The translations under genes and the position numbers were made by a program. A model generated the notes under the pieces. That model was given only the letters and a program-made list of their open reading frames with translations, was not told the origin of the DNA and searched no databases. Of a stretch of 24,161 bases of DNA, positions 15,586 to 24,113 are shown one piece after another (positions within the stretch are counted from its first letter, which is position 1; the number at the start of each line of letters is the position of its first letter). Origin of the DNA: an uncultured Lachnospiraceae bacterium (GTDB taxonomy: Bacteria > Bacillota > Clostridia > UBA1381); the NCBI GenBank assembly GCA_964389075.1, contig CAYMCT010000001.1:1-24161 (forward strand), read 5' to 3'.

Positions 15586-17052
15586 ATGATAAAGAAGATC
15601 GGTTTTGATAATGATAAATATATTCAGATGCAGTCAGAGCATATCGGCGAACGTGTTTTAAAGTTTGGCGACAAGCTTTATCTGGAGCTTGGCGGAAAAC
15701 TTTTTGATGACTATCACGCATCGAGAGTTTTACCTGGTTTTTTGCCTGACAGTAAAATCAAGATGCTTATGCATCTGGCAGACAAGCTTGAAATTGTTAT
15801 TGCAATTTCTGCCATTGATATTGTAAAAAATAAAATCAGAAACGATTACAATCTGACATATGATGCCGATACAATTCGTCTTATTGATACATTCAGAGAT
15901 ATGGGGCTTTATGTAGGCAGTGTTGTTATAACACAATACAGCGGTCAGGCTTCAGTAGATATGTTCAAGAAAAAGCTTGAAAAAATGGGAATACCTGTAT
16001 TTTTACATTATCCTATAGAAGGATATCCGGCAAATATTGAACTTATAGTAAGTGATGACGGCTTCGGCAAAAACGAATACATTAAAACAGAAAGACCAAT
16101 CGTTGTTGTAACTGCGCCGGGTCCCGGCAGCGGAAAGATGGCAACCTGTCTTTCACAGCTTTATCATGAAAACAAGAGAGGGATAAAAGCAGGCTATGCT
16201 AAATTCGAAACTTTCCCTGTCTGGAATTTACCGCTCCGCCATCCGGTAAACCTTGCATACGAAGCTGCAACGGTAGATCTTAACGACGTTAATATGATTG
16301 ACCCGTTCCACCTGGAGGCGTACGGAGAAACAACAGTAAACTATAACAGAGATATAGAAGTTTTCCCTGTGCTTAGTGCAATATTTGAAAAGATTTTAGG
16401 CGAGTGTCCGTATAAATCACCTACCGATATGGGTGTTAATATGGCAGGTAACTGTATAATTGACAACGACATTGTGGAGTATGCCGCAAAATCAGAAATA
16501 ATCAGAAGATATTATCAGACGCTCAAAGACAATCGCAACGGTCATGCCGATGAAGAAATGATATACAAAATGGAGCTTATTATGAAGCAGGCTTGTATCT
16601 CACCGGAAATGAGAGCCGTTGTAGGTGAAGCACTGAAAAAAGCAGAAGATACAAACAAACCGGCTTGTGCAATTCAGCTTGCAGACGGACGAATCGTTAC
16701 CGGAAAAACAACTTCGCTCATGGGCTCCTCAAGCTCCGCAGTGCTTAACGCATTAAAGACCGTTACAGGTGTTCCGGATGATATTCAGCTCATCTCACCG
16801 GAAGTATTGGAGCCGTTGCAGGGACTTAAAACCAACTATTTCGGAAGCAAAAATCCACGGCTTCATATAGACGAAACTCTGATTGCACTTTCAATCTGTG
16901 CGTGTCAGGACGAGATTGCAAAAACTGCCCTCGGCGGACTTGCAGAGCTCGCCGGAGCAGAAGGACATTCTTCTGTTATCCTTTCACCCGTAGATGAAAA
17001 GGTGTTTAAAAATCTTGGTATTAATATGACCTGTGAACCAAAATTTGACTAA
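15586..17052 (+). CDS. DUF1846 (UPF0371) family P-loop protein
   Basis: KLYLELGGKLFDDYHASRVLPGF, TAPGPGSGKMATCLSQLYHE, YAKFETFPVWNLPL.HPVN and Y.SPTDMGVN motifs. Confidence 0.92.
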   Translation: MIKKIGFDNDKYIQMQSEHIGERVLKFGDKLYLELGGKLFDDYHASRVLPGFLPDSKIKMLMHLADKLEIVIAISAIDIVKNKIRNDYNLTYDADTIRLIDTFRDMGLYVGSVVITQYSGQASVDMFKKKLEKMGIPVFLHYPIEGYPANIELIVSDDGFGKNEYIKTERPIVVVTAPGPGSGKMATCLSQLYHENKRGIKAGYAKFETFPVWNLPLRHPVNLAYEAATVDLNDVNMIDPFHLEAYGETTVNYNRDIEVFPVLSAIFEKILGECPYKSPTDMGVNMAGNCIIDNDIVEYAAKSEIIRRYYQTLKDNRNGHADEEMIYKMELIMKQACISPEMRAVVGEALKKAEDTNKPACAIQLADGRIVTGKTTSLMGSSSSAVLNALKTVTGVPDDIQLISPEVLEPLQGLKTNYFGSKNPRLHIDETLIALSICACQDEIAKTALGGLAELAGAEGHSSVILSPVDEKVFKNLGINMTCEPKFD

Positions 17053-17095
17053 TAAAAAGCTCGGTTTAAAATGAAACCGAGCTTTTTTATTAGTC
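17047..17095. terminator. Bidirectional terminator between DUF1846 and the PL11 gene
   Basis: AAAAAGCTCGGTTT-aaaatg-AAACCGAGCTTTTT; the symmetry extends through GACTAAT / ATTAGTC. Confidence 0.85.
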
Positions 17096-19402
17096 CACAT
17101 TTACCTCTATTGCCGGTTGAAACGGCGTCATTCCGTCCCAGACAAAAGCTTTCAGTAAATAATCTCCGCCTTTGTCAGTGAAGCTTCCGCTCACTGCATT
17201 TATGTATGCCTTTTCAAGCTTACCGTTTTGGTAGCAGGCAAGAATCACTATTTTATCCTTTATATCAAGATTTACTTTAAATTCAATTTTTCCGTCCCCT
17301 GTTTTACTTGCCGAGACCTCCTCCTGCGGTATTATTCTGTAAGCTTCAACCGTATCCGGATTTTCCGTTTTTTGTCCGTTATATATTGTGTACATTTCAG
17401 GCACGGGAACCTCTTTTGTTTCTGCACCTAAGTAATAGCTCACATTCGCAGGCTGGTTATAATGGTTATTCTGCATTGCTATTGATGCTCTGTAATACCA
17501 ATCGTGCATCATTGTCGGAATTTTATATTCAGTTTCGATATTTGTTGAATAAACTCTTATTCGCTGTTCATCGTCGGATTTCCATACAACCTCATCACGC
17601 CAGTCACCGAACAGGTCTGCTGCAATACACGGTACAGCCTTTGTTCCGCAGTTTGATGCACAACCGACTGCATCAAGAATTACGTTGATTTCTTTATCTT
17701 TGTAGTTCCATTCGGAAATCCTTGTTCCGTCAAGAAACTCACTAAGCAAATCCCCATCCCAATAAATCTTGAAGTTCATGGGTAATGATGTTTTTACCTC
17801 TGCACCATCACTATCTGTTTCATATGTGCCGTCTGCAAGACGTACCCTGAACTTATTCCAGCTATCTGTGATGGCTTCACCACTGACATTCATCGGGATT
17901 GTTGCGGTCGAACCCCACAATTCGTATCCTTTATAATTCGGATCTATATCTGCCGCACGGCTTCTGCCTGTATCCTTAGTTTTTCCGTATCCGAAAATTA
18001 CCTGTCCCGTACGAGCATCGTGTAACTCAATGTTTGCCGGCAGATTTTTTGTTTCGTGACACGCCCATGTATAGTATCCGTTAAAATCAGGAGTCATTTT
18101 TGCTATATCGAAAGCATCACCGTGCGCAAGCTTAATTTCTGTCCCCTCAGCATCTGTTGCTTTTACGGCATACATAGTTGTTCCGTCATCATCTACACCC
18201 ATAGGACCTGAAAATATTTCATCTTTTCCGTCAAAATCAACATCAACAACCGTTATGTTATGATTTACTGCACCGTAAATGCTGTTCACATCTTCTACGT
18301 TCTGAGTTTTCGCTTCCCAGTCAAGAACAAACTCATTGTTCTCTATATGCCATGCAGCTATACGAACATTGTCCCATGCACCCCGCACCTCGACAAAACT
18401 CGGGGTCTCGCCGTCAAGATATGCAACACCGAAATTGTGGTGGCTTGCACGCTTTGTAAGTCTGCCCGTGTCGCTATAATTATATGACCACTCCGTAAGC
18501 GGGGTCTGTGACGGCAATAAATCAGTTCGTGCCAGCTCCTCGCCGGTTTTTCCGTTATACATAGACAGATATTCCGGAGTTGAAATAATATACTGTCTGT
18601 CCTTAAAAATTGCAAGGTTATTTGTGTCCCTGCTGTAATCGGTAACTTCTCCGCTTTCATTGGTTATAACATTACCTACACCGTCGGTTGTACCCTCAAA
18701 CGAACGCATTATTACCTCTGACGCACCGTCACCGTTAAAATCGTATACCATCATATTAAGGTCGTGCTCGTTTATCTCGTTTGGACCTATATTTATTGTC
18801 CACATATATTCGCCCGTAAGCTCATATGCCTCGATTATCGGATACGTTGTACGAGTTTCAACATTCATATCGGTCGGGATACGGCGAAGCACGAGCTCAT
18901 ATTGTCCGTCCCCGTCAAGGTCGCCTGTGGCACCGTCATCAATTATGTAGTTATCGTATTCCTTTACCTTAAATTCAATATATTCTTTATCCCATGCAGT
19001 TACGGTTGTTTTTATTTCGGTTTCTACGCCGTCTGCTACCTCAACAAGCGTGTACTGTGTTCCCTTTTCAGAATCGAAAAAATTAGTTGCATTTATCGGT
19101 TCATCGTTTAACTTTTTTCCGTCCCTATACAAATTGTATTTTAAGAACTGTGAATCTGTTCCAAGCCATCTCCAGCTTATAAGCATACCGTCATCACAGG
19201 GCACTGCCACAAGACCTCTGTCAAGATACTCCATACGACGCAAAGCTACTGTTCTGTTGCTGTACATCGCCTCTGTTTTCGCTTTTTCTGTAGCATTTTC
19301 CGTTTCGCTGTAATATCCTGTTGTGTATGTATCTTCGGCAAAAACCGAAAATCCTTGTAAAACACAAGAAAATGCTAATACTGCAATCATTGTTTTTTTC
19401 AT
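17090..19402 (-). CDS. Secreted rhamnogalacturonan lyase, PL11 (YesW/YesX-like), with extra C-terminal domain
   Basis: Signal peptide MKKTMIAVLAFSC...VFA; RMEYLDRGLVAV, ISWRWLG, GDLDGDGQYE, YDFNGDG, HGDA, YWDGDLLSE, GTKAVP..ADLFGDWR.EV and YNQP..SYYLG motifs. Confidence 0.9.
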   Translation of the reverse strand: MKKTMIAVLAFSCVLQGFSVFAEDTYTTGYYSETENATEKAKTEAMYSNRTVALRRMEYLDRGLVAVPCDDGMLISWRWLGTDSQFLKYNLYRDGKKLNDEPINATNFFDSEKGTQYTLVEVADGVETEIKTTVTAWDKEYIEFKVKEYDNYIIDDGATGDLDGDGQYELVLRRIPTDMNVETRTTYPIIEAYELTGEYMWTINIGPNEINEHDLNMMVYDFNGDGASEVIMRSFEGTTDGVGNVITNESGEVTDYSRDTNNLAIFKDRQYIISTPEYLSMYNGKTGEELARTDLLPSQTPLTEWSYNYSDTGRLTKRASHHNFGVAYLDGETPSFVEVRGAWDNVRIAAWHIENNEFVLDWEAKTQNVEDVNSIYGAVNHNITVVDVDFDGKDEIFSGPMGVDDDGTTMYAVKATDAEGTEIKLAHGDAFDIAKMTPDFNGYYTWACHETKNLPANIELHDARTGQVIFGYGKTKDTGRSRAADIDPNYKGYELWGSTATIPMNVSGEAITDSWNKFRVRLADGTYETDSDGAEVKTSLPMNFKIYWDGDLLSEFLDGTRISEWNYKDKEINVILDAVGCASNCGTKAVPCIAADLFGDWRDEVVWKSDDEQRIRVYSTNIETEYKIPTMMHDWYYRASIAMQNNHYNQPANVSYYLGAETKEVPVPEMYTIYNGQKTENPDTVEAYRIIPQEEVSASKTGDGKIEFKVNLDIKDKIVILACYQNGKLEKAYINAVSGSFTDKGGDYLLKAFVWDGMTPFQPAIEVNVD

Positions 19403-19507
19403 ATAATCACATCCTTTGCTTTATTTTAACATAGTTATGTTATAAAAAAAAGCAAACTATCAGCTTTTTATTTTCGATTTTCAGACAACAAAAATAAAGA
19501 TTCTCTA

Positions 19508-19536
19508 TTTACAAATGAAATAAAATGTGATATTAT
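19508..19536 (+). promoter_or_regulatory. sigmaA promoter upstream of the structured leader
   Basis: TTTACA (19508-19513), 17 nt, TGaTATTAT (-10 at 19531-19536); predicted start near 19543. Confidence 0.6.
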
Positions 19537-19542
19537 ATATTT

Positions 19543-19701
19543 GCGACGCAAATTGAATATAGTGGCTTATGGGTATGTATTTTTTATTTGTAAAAAATGC
19601 ATGCTCTATTTTCGCATACCTGATAAGTCAGCTATAAGAAAATTTGCGTCGCTGCAGAGCAATGCGTTTTTAGTGCGTTGCTTTGAGCGACGCACTTTTT
19701 T
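19543..19701 (+). ncRNA. Putative structured small RNA / attenuator leader ending in an intrinsic terminator
   Basis: GCGACGCAAATT (19543-19554) pairs with AATTTGCGTCGC (19641-19652); inner imperfect stem 19558-19577 / 19615-19636; terminator AGTGCGTTGCT-ttg-AGCGACGCACT-TTTTT (19672-19701). Confidence 0.55.
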
Positions 19702-19726
19702 AATTTTAAAAATGGAGGTATAAAAA

Positions 19727-20185
19727 ATGGCGCTTTATTTTTTAGACTGGCCTTTAGATTATATAGGCTATATGATTACATCAATTACTGAATATTTGTA
19801 CAAGACAGATGACAAATACGAAAAATTATCTTCTCTTTCAAATATCGAAAATTTTCAAGACTTAATTGATGATGATTTAATTGAGAAATATGATGAATGT
19901 CTTGGTGATGTATTAAATTTTGAATCTTTCTTCGCGATAATTAAGGGTATGCGAAATTATTTTTCAGGACAGCAGGAAGATGAGCTTATTATTAAAGAAA
20001 ATGATACATACAAATATTTAATAAATAAACTTCAAAAAGCAAAATGTGATTTAATTAATACAACCCCCAAAGATTTAACCGGTTTTTTCAAAAATTGTGA
20101 CGACTTCCGTGAATATAATCTTTTAAAATCATATGAAATTACAAAAGAATCTTTGCAGAAAAACGAAAACATGGTATTGCATTAA
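19727..20185 (+). CDS. Hypothetical protein (AT-rich, acidic, 152 aa)
   Basis: SD GGAGGT followed by ATG; no family recognised. Confidence 0.7.
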   Translation: MALYFLDWPLDYIGYMITSITEYLYKTDDKYEKLSSLSNIENFQDLIDDDLIEKYDECLGDVLNFESFFAIIKGMRNYFSGQQEDELIIKENDTYKYLINKLQKAKCDLINTTPKDLTGFFKNCDDFREYNLLKSYEITKESLQKNENMVLH

Positions 20186-20210
20186 ACAATACCATGTTAA
20201 TATTAAATTT

Positions 20211-20639
20211 TTATACAGCCGCTTTTTTACCAAGAGCCTTACATAACTCAAGCCCGTCATTATCAGGCATTTCGTTTATGATAAGCCCTTCATCTTCTAT
20301 AAGATTTGCACCAGCCTTTGATGTGCGTTCAACCCACGAACGCATCCACTCTCCATCGCCCCAGCCATATGAACCAAACAATGCTACATTCTTACCTGCA
20401 ATACCCCCTTCGAGCTCTGCAAAGAACGGCTCAAACTCGCCCTCTTCAAGCTCCTCTGCGCCCATTGCCGAGCAGCCGAGGATAAGATTGTCATAAACCA
20501 AAGCATCTGCCACCGATATTTCCGAAACTGCAAACAGCTTTGTTTCTGAATTAATCTCCTTTGCACCCTCAAATATTGCTTCTGCCATTGCCTGAGTGTT
20601 TCCTGTACCGCTCCAATATATTATTACTGTTTTACTCAT
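20211..20639 (-). CDS. Short-chain flavodoxin
   Basis: IIYWSGTGNT, LGCSAMG.E and FGSYGWGDGEWM motifs. Confidence 0.95.
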   Translation of the reverse strand: MSKTVIIYWSGTGNTQAMAEAIFEGAKEINSETKLFAVSEISVADALVYDNLILGCSAMGAEELEEGEFEPFFAELEGGIAGKNVALFGSYGWGDGEWMRSWVERTSKAGANLIEDEGLIINEMPDNDGLELCKALGKKAAV

Positions 20640-20657
20640 TATAAAACCTCCTTGTAT

Positions 20658-21197
20658 TTATGCCGCACAGAATACCTGTGCAAGCGTTTTACCGCTTTCT
20701 ATCCTTTTAAGCAATGCCTTTCTGCATATCTTATATTTTCTGAAAAGCTCTTTTGCTTCATTCACATTTTTATATACTTTCCATTCTCCTGTAAGCAGAC
20801 ATCCTTCTTTTTTATGGTTCATAAACCCATAAATATCATGAAGTGGATAACCGAGAAATGCCCCTATTTCATGCGGAAAATTCTTACAATCTATCTTTGA
20901 TTTCAGATATTCTATTTTTTCATCTGAATCATCCGGATACCCCATTGAAGTCAAAAATTCTGAAATTTCTGATTTTTCAAGATATTGCAAAAGCTTTTTA
21001 CGTCTGTAAACCATAACAAGAATACATCTTCCATATTCACATAGAATTTTAAAATATATATCTTTTCTGTTCAACTGATTATTAAGTTTATTTAATTCAT
21101 CATATATATCCTTTGTCTTTTTCAGCGATACTATGTTTGATGGTTTTATTCCTGCCAGAGCCGGACCGCAATGATAAGCAATTGTACTTTCTACCAT
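20658..21197 (-). CDS. DUF3793 family protein
   Basis: HCGPALAGIKPSN, FPHEIGAFLGYPL.D..GF and G.WKVY motifs; typically flavodoxin-adjacent. Confidence 0.88.
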   Translation of the reverse strand: MVESTIAYHCGPALAGIKPSNIVSLKKTKDIYDELNKLNNQLNRKDIYFKILCEYGRCILVMVYRRKKLLQYLEKSEISEFLTSMGYPDDSDEKIEYLKSKIDCKNFPHEIGAFLGYPLHDIYGFMNHKKEGCLLTGEWKVYKNVNEAKELFRKYKICRKALLKRIESGKTLAQVFCAA

Positions 21198-21212
21198 AAA
21201 ATACCTCTCCCT

Positions 21213-21242
21213 TATTTTGGTTAGTTTTGGCTAACCAAAATA
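21213..21242. promoter_or_regulatory. TTAG-N6-CTAA palindrome (candidate DtxR-family metal-regulator box) upstream of DUF3793-flavodoxin
   Basis: TATTTTGGTTAG-ttttgg-CTAACCAAAATA; the same core recurs upstream of feoB and feoA. Confidence 0.6.
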
Positions 21243-21331
21243 CAAAATTCAATTCGGAGGGGCTTTGGGGCAAGACAAAGCTCGCCCCGCAGGTTTCCGA
21301 ATTAAATGTACTATATGTCTCTATTTAATTT

Positions 21332-21505
21332 TTATTCAGTCTTTGATGAAGCGCAGCCGCAGGAACATTCGTTCTTTTTTGTACCGCACGAACATCCGTC
21401 CGGACAACCGATACATTTTGCTCCGCTCTTTTTCTTTTTTATAATATAGAACAATGCCGAGCCGATAATTAAAATCAGTATCAATATTACTATCAGATCT
21501 TTCAT
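21332..21505 (-). CDS. FeoB-associated Cys-rich membrane protein (57 aa)
   Basis: Below the ORF-track cutoff and translated by hand: MKDLIVILILILIIGSALFYIIKKKKSGAKCIGCPDGCSCGTKKNECSCGCASSKTE*. SD GAGG; 15 nt after the feoB stop. Confidence 0.88.
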   Translation of the reverse strand: MKDLIVILILILIIGSALFYIIKKKKSGAKCIGCPDGCSCGTKKNECSCGCASSKTE

Positions 21506-21520
21506 AATGTTATCCTCAAT

Positions 21521-23518
21521 TTATCTGTTTACATTTTTATTTGAATTAAGTGCATATTCAGCCTTAAGTCCCTTATTAGCTTTTGCTATAAGACTTGCCA
21601 CGATTGCAACTATAGCAGCTACTGCAATCAAACCGGCTACAAAACCGTCACCAACATGACCTTCTGTAATGATTGTACCAACCTGATATACAAGGTATGA
21701 AACAACATAACCAGTTGCAAACTGCAAGCCAATACCGCCCCACAACCATTTTTTATCCTTCATTTCAGAGTTCATAGCACCTATAGCCGCAAAACACGGA
21801 GGTGTGAACAGGTTAAACATCAAGCAAGCAAGGGCTGCTGCCTTAGTGAGTCCGAGAATAGCTGAAACCTCTGAAGCACCACCGATAAGAGCAAGCTCTT
21901 CTGTATCTATAAAGTTTGAAATAGCATAAACTGATGCCAATGTACCAACAACATTTTCTTTCGCAATAAATCCTGTAACAGCAGCTGCAGCCATCTGCCA
22001 TACACCAAATCCAAGCGGAATAAGAAGTACTGCGACCGGTGAAGCCAGTGATGCAAGAATTGATGCATTCGGATCCTCAACCGGCTGGAAGCTCCAACCG
22101 TAGCCCTGCATAATTGTAACTACAGCATTACATACAAGAATAATTGTACCAGCCTTTACAATGTATGCCCAACCACGTGCACACATTGACTTGAATGCAC
22201 TTACCACACTCGGAATCTTATATTCCGGAAGCTCAATAATGAAGAAGGATTTTCTGTGCTTGTGTCCTGCAATCTTATTAACAAGCAATGCACCAAAGAA
22301 TATAAGTGCAATACCTACAAAATACATTAATGTACCTACCCATGATGCATCTCCAAAGAATACACCTGCAAATAATGCAATAACCGGAAGCTTAGCTCCA
22401 CAAGGCATAAACGGTGTAAGCATTGCGGTTGCTCTTCTTTCTCTTTCGTTACGGATTGTACGGCAAGCCATAACACCCGGAATTGCACAACCGGTACCGA
22501 TAACGAACGGAATAACCGACTTACCGCTGAGTCCAACCTTCTTGAAAATAGGGTCAAGCACTACTGATGCACGTGCCATATAACCGCAATCCTCCAGAAG
22601 CGCTATAAGGAAATACATAACCATTACAAGCGGCAAGAAGCCAAGAACAGCACTTACACCGCCAATAATACCGTCAACAACAATTGTCTGCAATATCGGG
22701 CTTGCGCCTTCCATCCAACCGGCAACAAGTTCACCGAAACCATCTATAATCGGACAAAGAACCGATTCTGCAAGCCATGGACCTACCCAAGCCTGTGATA
22801 TCTGGAATACAAAGAACATTACAACCGCAAAGATGACTATACCTGCAAATTTGTTTGTTAATACTGCGTCTATTTTGTCCTGAAAATTCTTATCCTTTGT
22901 AAATACCTTACGTGTTTCAACATCTTTAACTATTTTGTTTACAAAATCAAATCTCTTTCTGTCGGCAGCTTCAACCACCTTCTTATTTGAAAGATCAATA
23001 TTGCCCTGAACATACGGTGCTTTCTGAGTCGTTCCCTCCAGAGCTGCTGCTGCATCTATAACTGCTTTTAAGCCGTCAGCAGATATAGAAACTGTTTCCA
23101 CTACTGCACAGCCTAATTTCTCCGAAAGTGCTGTTACATCTATTTTAGTTTCTTTCTTCTCATTAATATCTGATTTATTTAATGCCACAACTGTAGGAAT
23201 GCCCAGTTCAAGCAGCTGTGTAGTGAAAAATAAGCTACGGCTGAGATTTGTTGCATCTACAATGTTTATAATTACATCAGGATTTTCATTTTTTACATAT
23301 GAGCTTGTAATGCTCTCCTCTGATGTAAACGGTGACATTGAATATGCACCCGGAAGGTCTACAACAATTATACCTTCCCCAAAGCCTTTTTTAATCTGAC
23401 TTTCTCTCTTGTCTACTGTAACACCCGCCCAGTTACCAACCTTTTCATTTTTACCTGTCAAGGCATTGTACATTGTGGTTTTACCACTGTTCGGATTACC
23501 TGCTAACGCAATTTTCAT
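21521..23518 (-). CDS. feoB: Ferrous iron transporter FeoB
   Basis: GNPNSGKTT, VGNWAGVTV, DLPGAYS and NKSD GTPase motifs; LEDCGYMAR, MPCGAKLPV, AKENVVG and PCFA membrane-domain motifs. Confidence 0.97.
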   Translation of the reverse strand: MKIALAGNPNSGKTTMYNALTGKNEKVGNWAGVTVDKRESQIKKGFGEGIIVVDLPGAYSMSPFTSEESITSSYVKNENPDVIINIVDATNLSRSLFFTTQLLELGIPTVVALNKSDINEKKETKIDVTALSEKLGCAVVETVSISADGLKAVIDAAAALEGTTQKAPYVQGNIDLSNKKVVEAADRKRFDFVNKIVKDVETRKVFTKDKNFQDKIDAVLTNKFAGIVIFAVVMFFVFQISQAWVGPWLAESVLCPIIDGFGELVAGWMEGASPILQTIVVDGIIGGVSAVLGFLPLVMVMYFLIALLEDCGYMARASVVLDPIFKKVGLSGKSVIPFVIGTGCAIPGVMACRTIRNERERRATAMLTPFMPCGAKLPVIALFAGVFFGDASWVGTLMYFVGIALIFFGALLVNKIAGHKHRKSFFIIELPEYKIPSVVSAFKSMCARGWAYIVKAGTIILVCNAVVTIMQGYGWSFQPVEDPNASILASLASPVAVLLIPLGFGVWQMAAAAVTGFIAKENVVGTLASVYAISNFIDTEELALIGGASEVSAILGLTKAAALACLMFNLFTPPCFAAIGAMNSEMKDKKWLWGGIGLQFATGYVVSYLVYQVGTIITEGHVGDGFVAGLIAVAAIVAIVASLIAKANKGLKAEYALNSNKNVNR

Positions 23519-23580
23519 TATGTATTCCTCCTAAAAAAAAATTAATCTCGGTTTCCGATTATTCAACCATTAAAATCCTT

Positions 23581-23596
23581 GTTAGAATAAGCTAAC
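23581..23596. promoter_or_regulatory. GTTAG-N6-CTAAC box upstream of feoB
   Basis: GTTAGaataagCTAAC. Confidence 0.55.
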
Positions 23597-23603
23597 TGCT
23601 TTA

Positions 23604-23631
23604 CAAAAAGTAATCAGCGGATTACTTTTTG
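23604..23631 (-). terminator. Hairpin/terminator-like element right after the feoA stop
   Basis: CAAAAAGTAATC-agcg-GATTACTTTTTG is a perfect 12-bp inverted repeat. Confidence 0.5.
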
Positions 23632-23847
23632 CTATATAACCTCAATTGCTTCCGCTAATTGATTATCTATGTTATATCTGCTGTCTTTAATAGAAACCAC
23701 GCATCCGCCCTTGAGGTGAGAAATCACCGTAATAGGTTCTCCGCTATAGCACCCTAAAGAAAACAAAAACGCATTTAGCTCATCATCGTCTGTTTCGATC
23801 CGCTGAATAATATATTCTTTACCTTCCTGTGCAGCACTTAGATTCAT
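23632..23847 (-). CDS. feoA: Ferrous iron transport protein FeoA
   Basis: MNLSAAQEGKEYII...FLFSLGCYSGE.ITV...IKDSRYNID..LA..IEV; start reassigned to ATG 23847 (SD AGGAG); 71 aa; upstream of feoB. Confidence 0.88.
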   Translation of the reverse strand: MNLSAAQEGKEYIIQRIETDDDELNAFLFSLGCYSGEPITVISHLKGGCVVSIKDSRYNIDNQLAEAIEVI

Positions 23848-23881
23848 ACGCATCTCCTGACTTTCACTTGGTTTTAATGGT

Positions 23882-24011
23882 TTAGCCAAGACCAATTTTT
23901 CAAAAATTAGTCTATGCTAACTTTACTATATCTTACCACAAACAAATTCTTTTGTCAATACCTTTAAATTAAATTTATTGCTTTTTGATAAGTTTTATTA
24001 GTCTGAGCTAA
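23882..24011 (-). promoter_or_regulatory. feo promoter with three TTAG-N6-CTAA boxes
   Basis: Minus strand TTGACA (23958-23953), 17 nt, TAAGAT (23935-23930); boxes at 23882-23895 (1 mismatch), 23907-23920 and 23998-24011. Confidence 0.65.
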
Positions 24012-24050
24012 CTTTACTGTGTTTTTTGTCAAATTATATTTTTATTCTTA

Positions 24051-24079
24051 TTGAAATACTATTGTTTTTAGTATATAAT
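24051..24079 (+). promoter_or_regulatory. sigmaA promoter for the gene at the right edge
   Basis: TTGAAA, 17 nt, TATAAT. Confidence 0.6.
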
Positions 24080-24113
24080 ATATTTACTAATATATCAAAA
24101 AGGAACTTAAAAT

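Noticed and set aside
19543..19701. 6S RNA, T-box or known riboswitch call
   Set aside because: No recognisable conserved motifs of these families were seen by eye. Left as an unassigned structured RNA pending an Rfam search.
19541..19723. 60-aa ORF MRRKLNIV... as a real gene or leader peptide
   Set aside because: The TTG start has no SD and lies at or before the predicted transcription start, and the ORF runs through the terminator. The RNA structure explains the region better.
17228..23399. Short alternative-frame ORFs within PL11, flavodoxin, DUF3793 and feoB
   Set aside because: They overlap confidently assigned genes and have no motif or SD support.
24004..24032. Second minus-strand feo promoter from TTGACA at 24032-24027
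   Set aside because: No acceptable -10 hexamer at 16-18 nt spacing.
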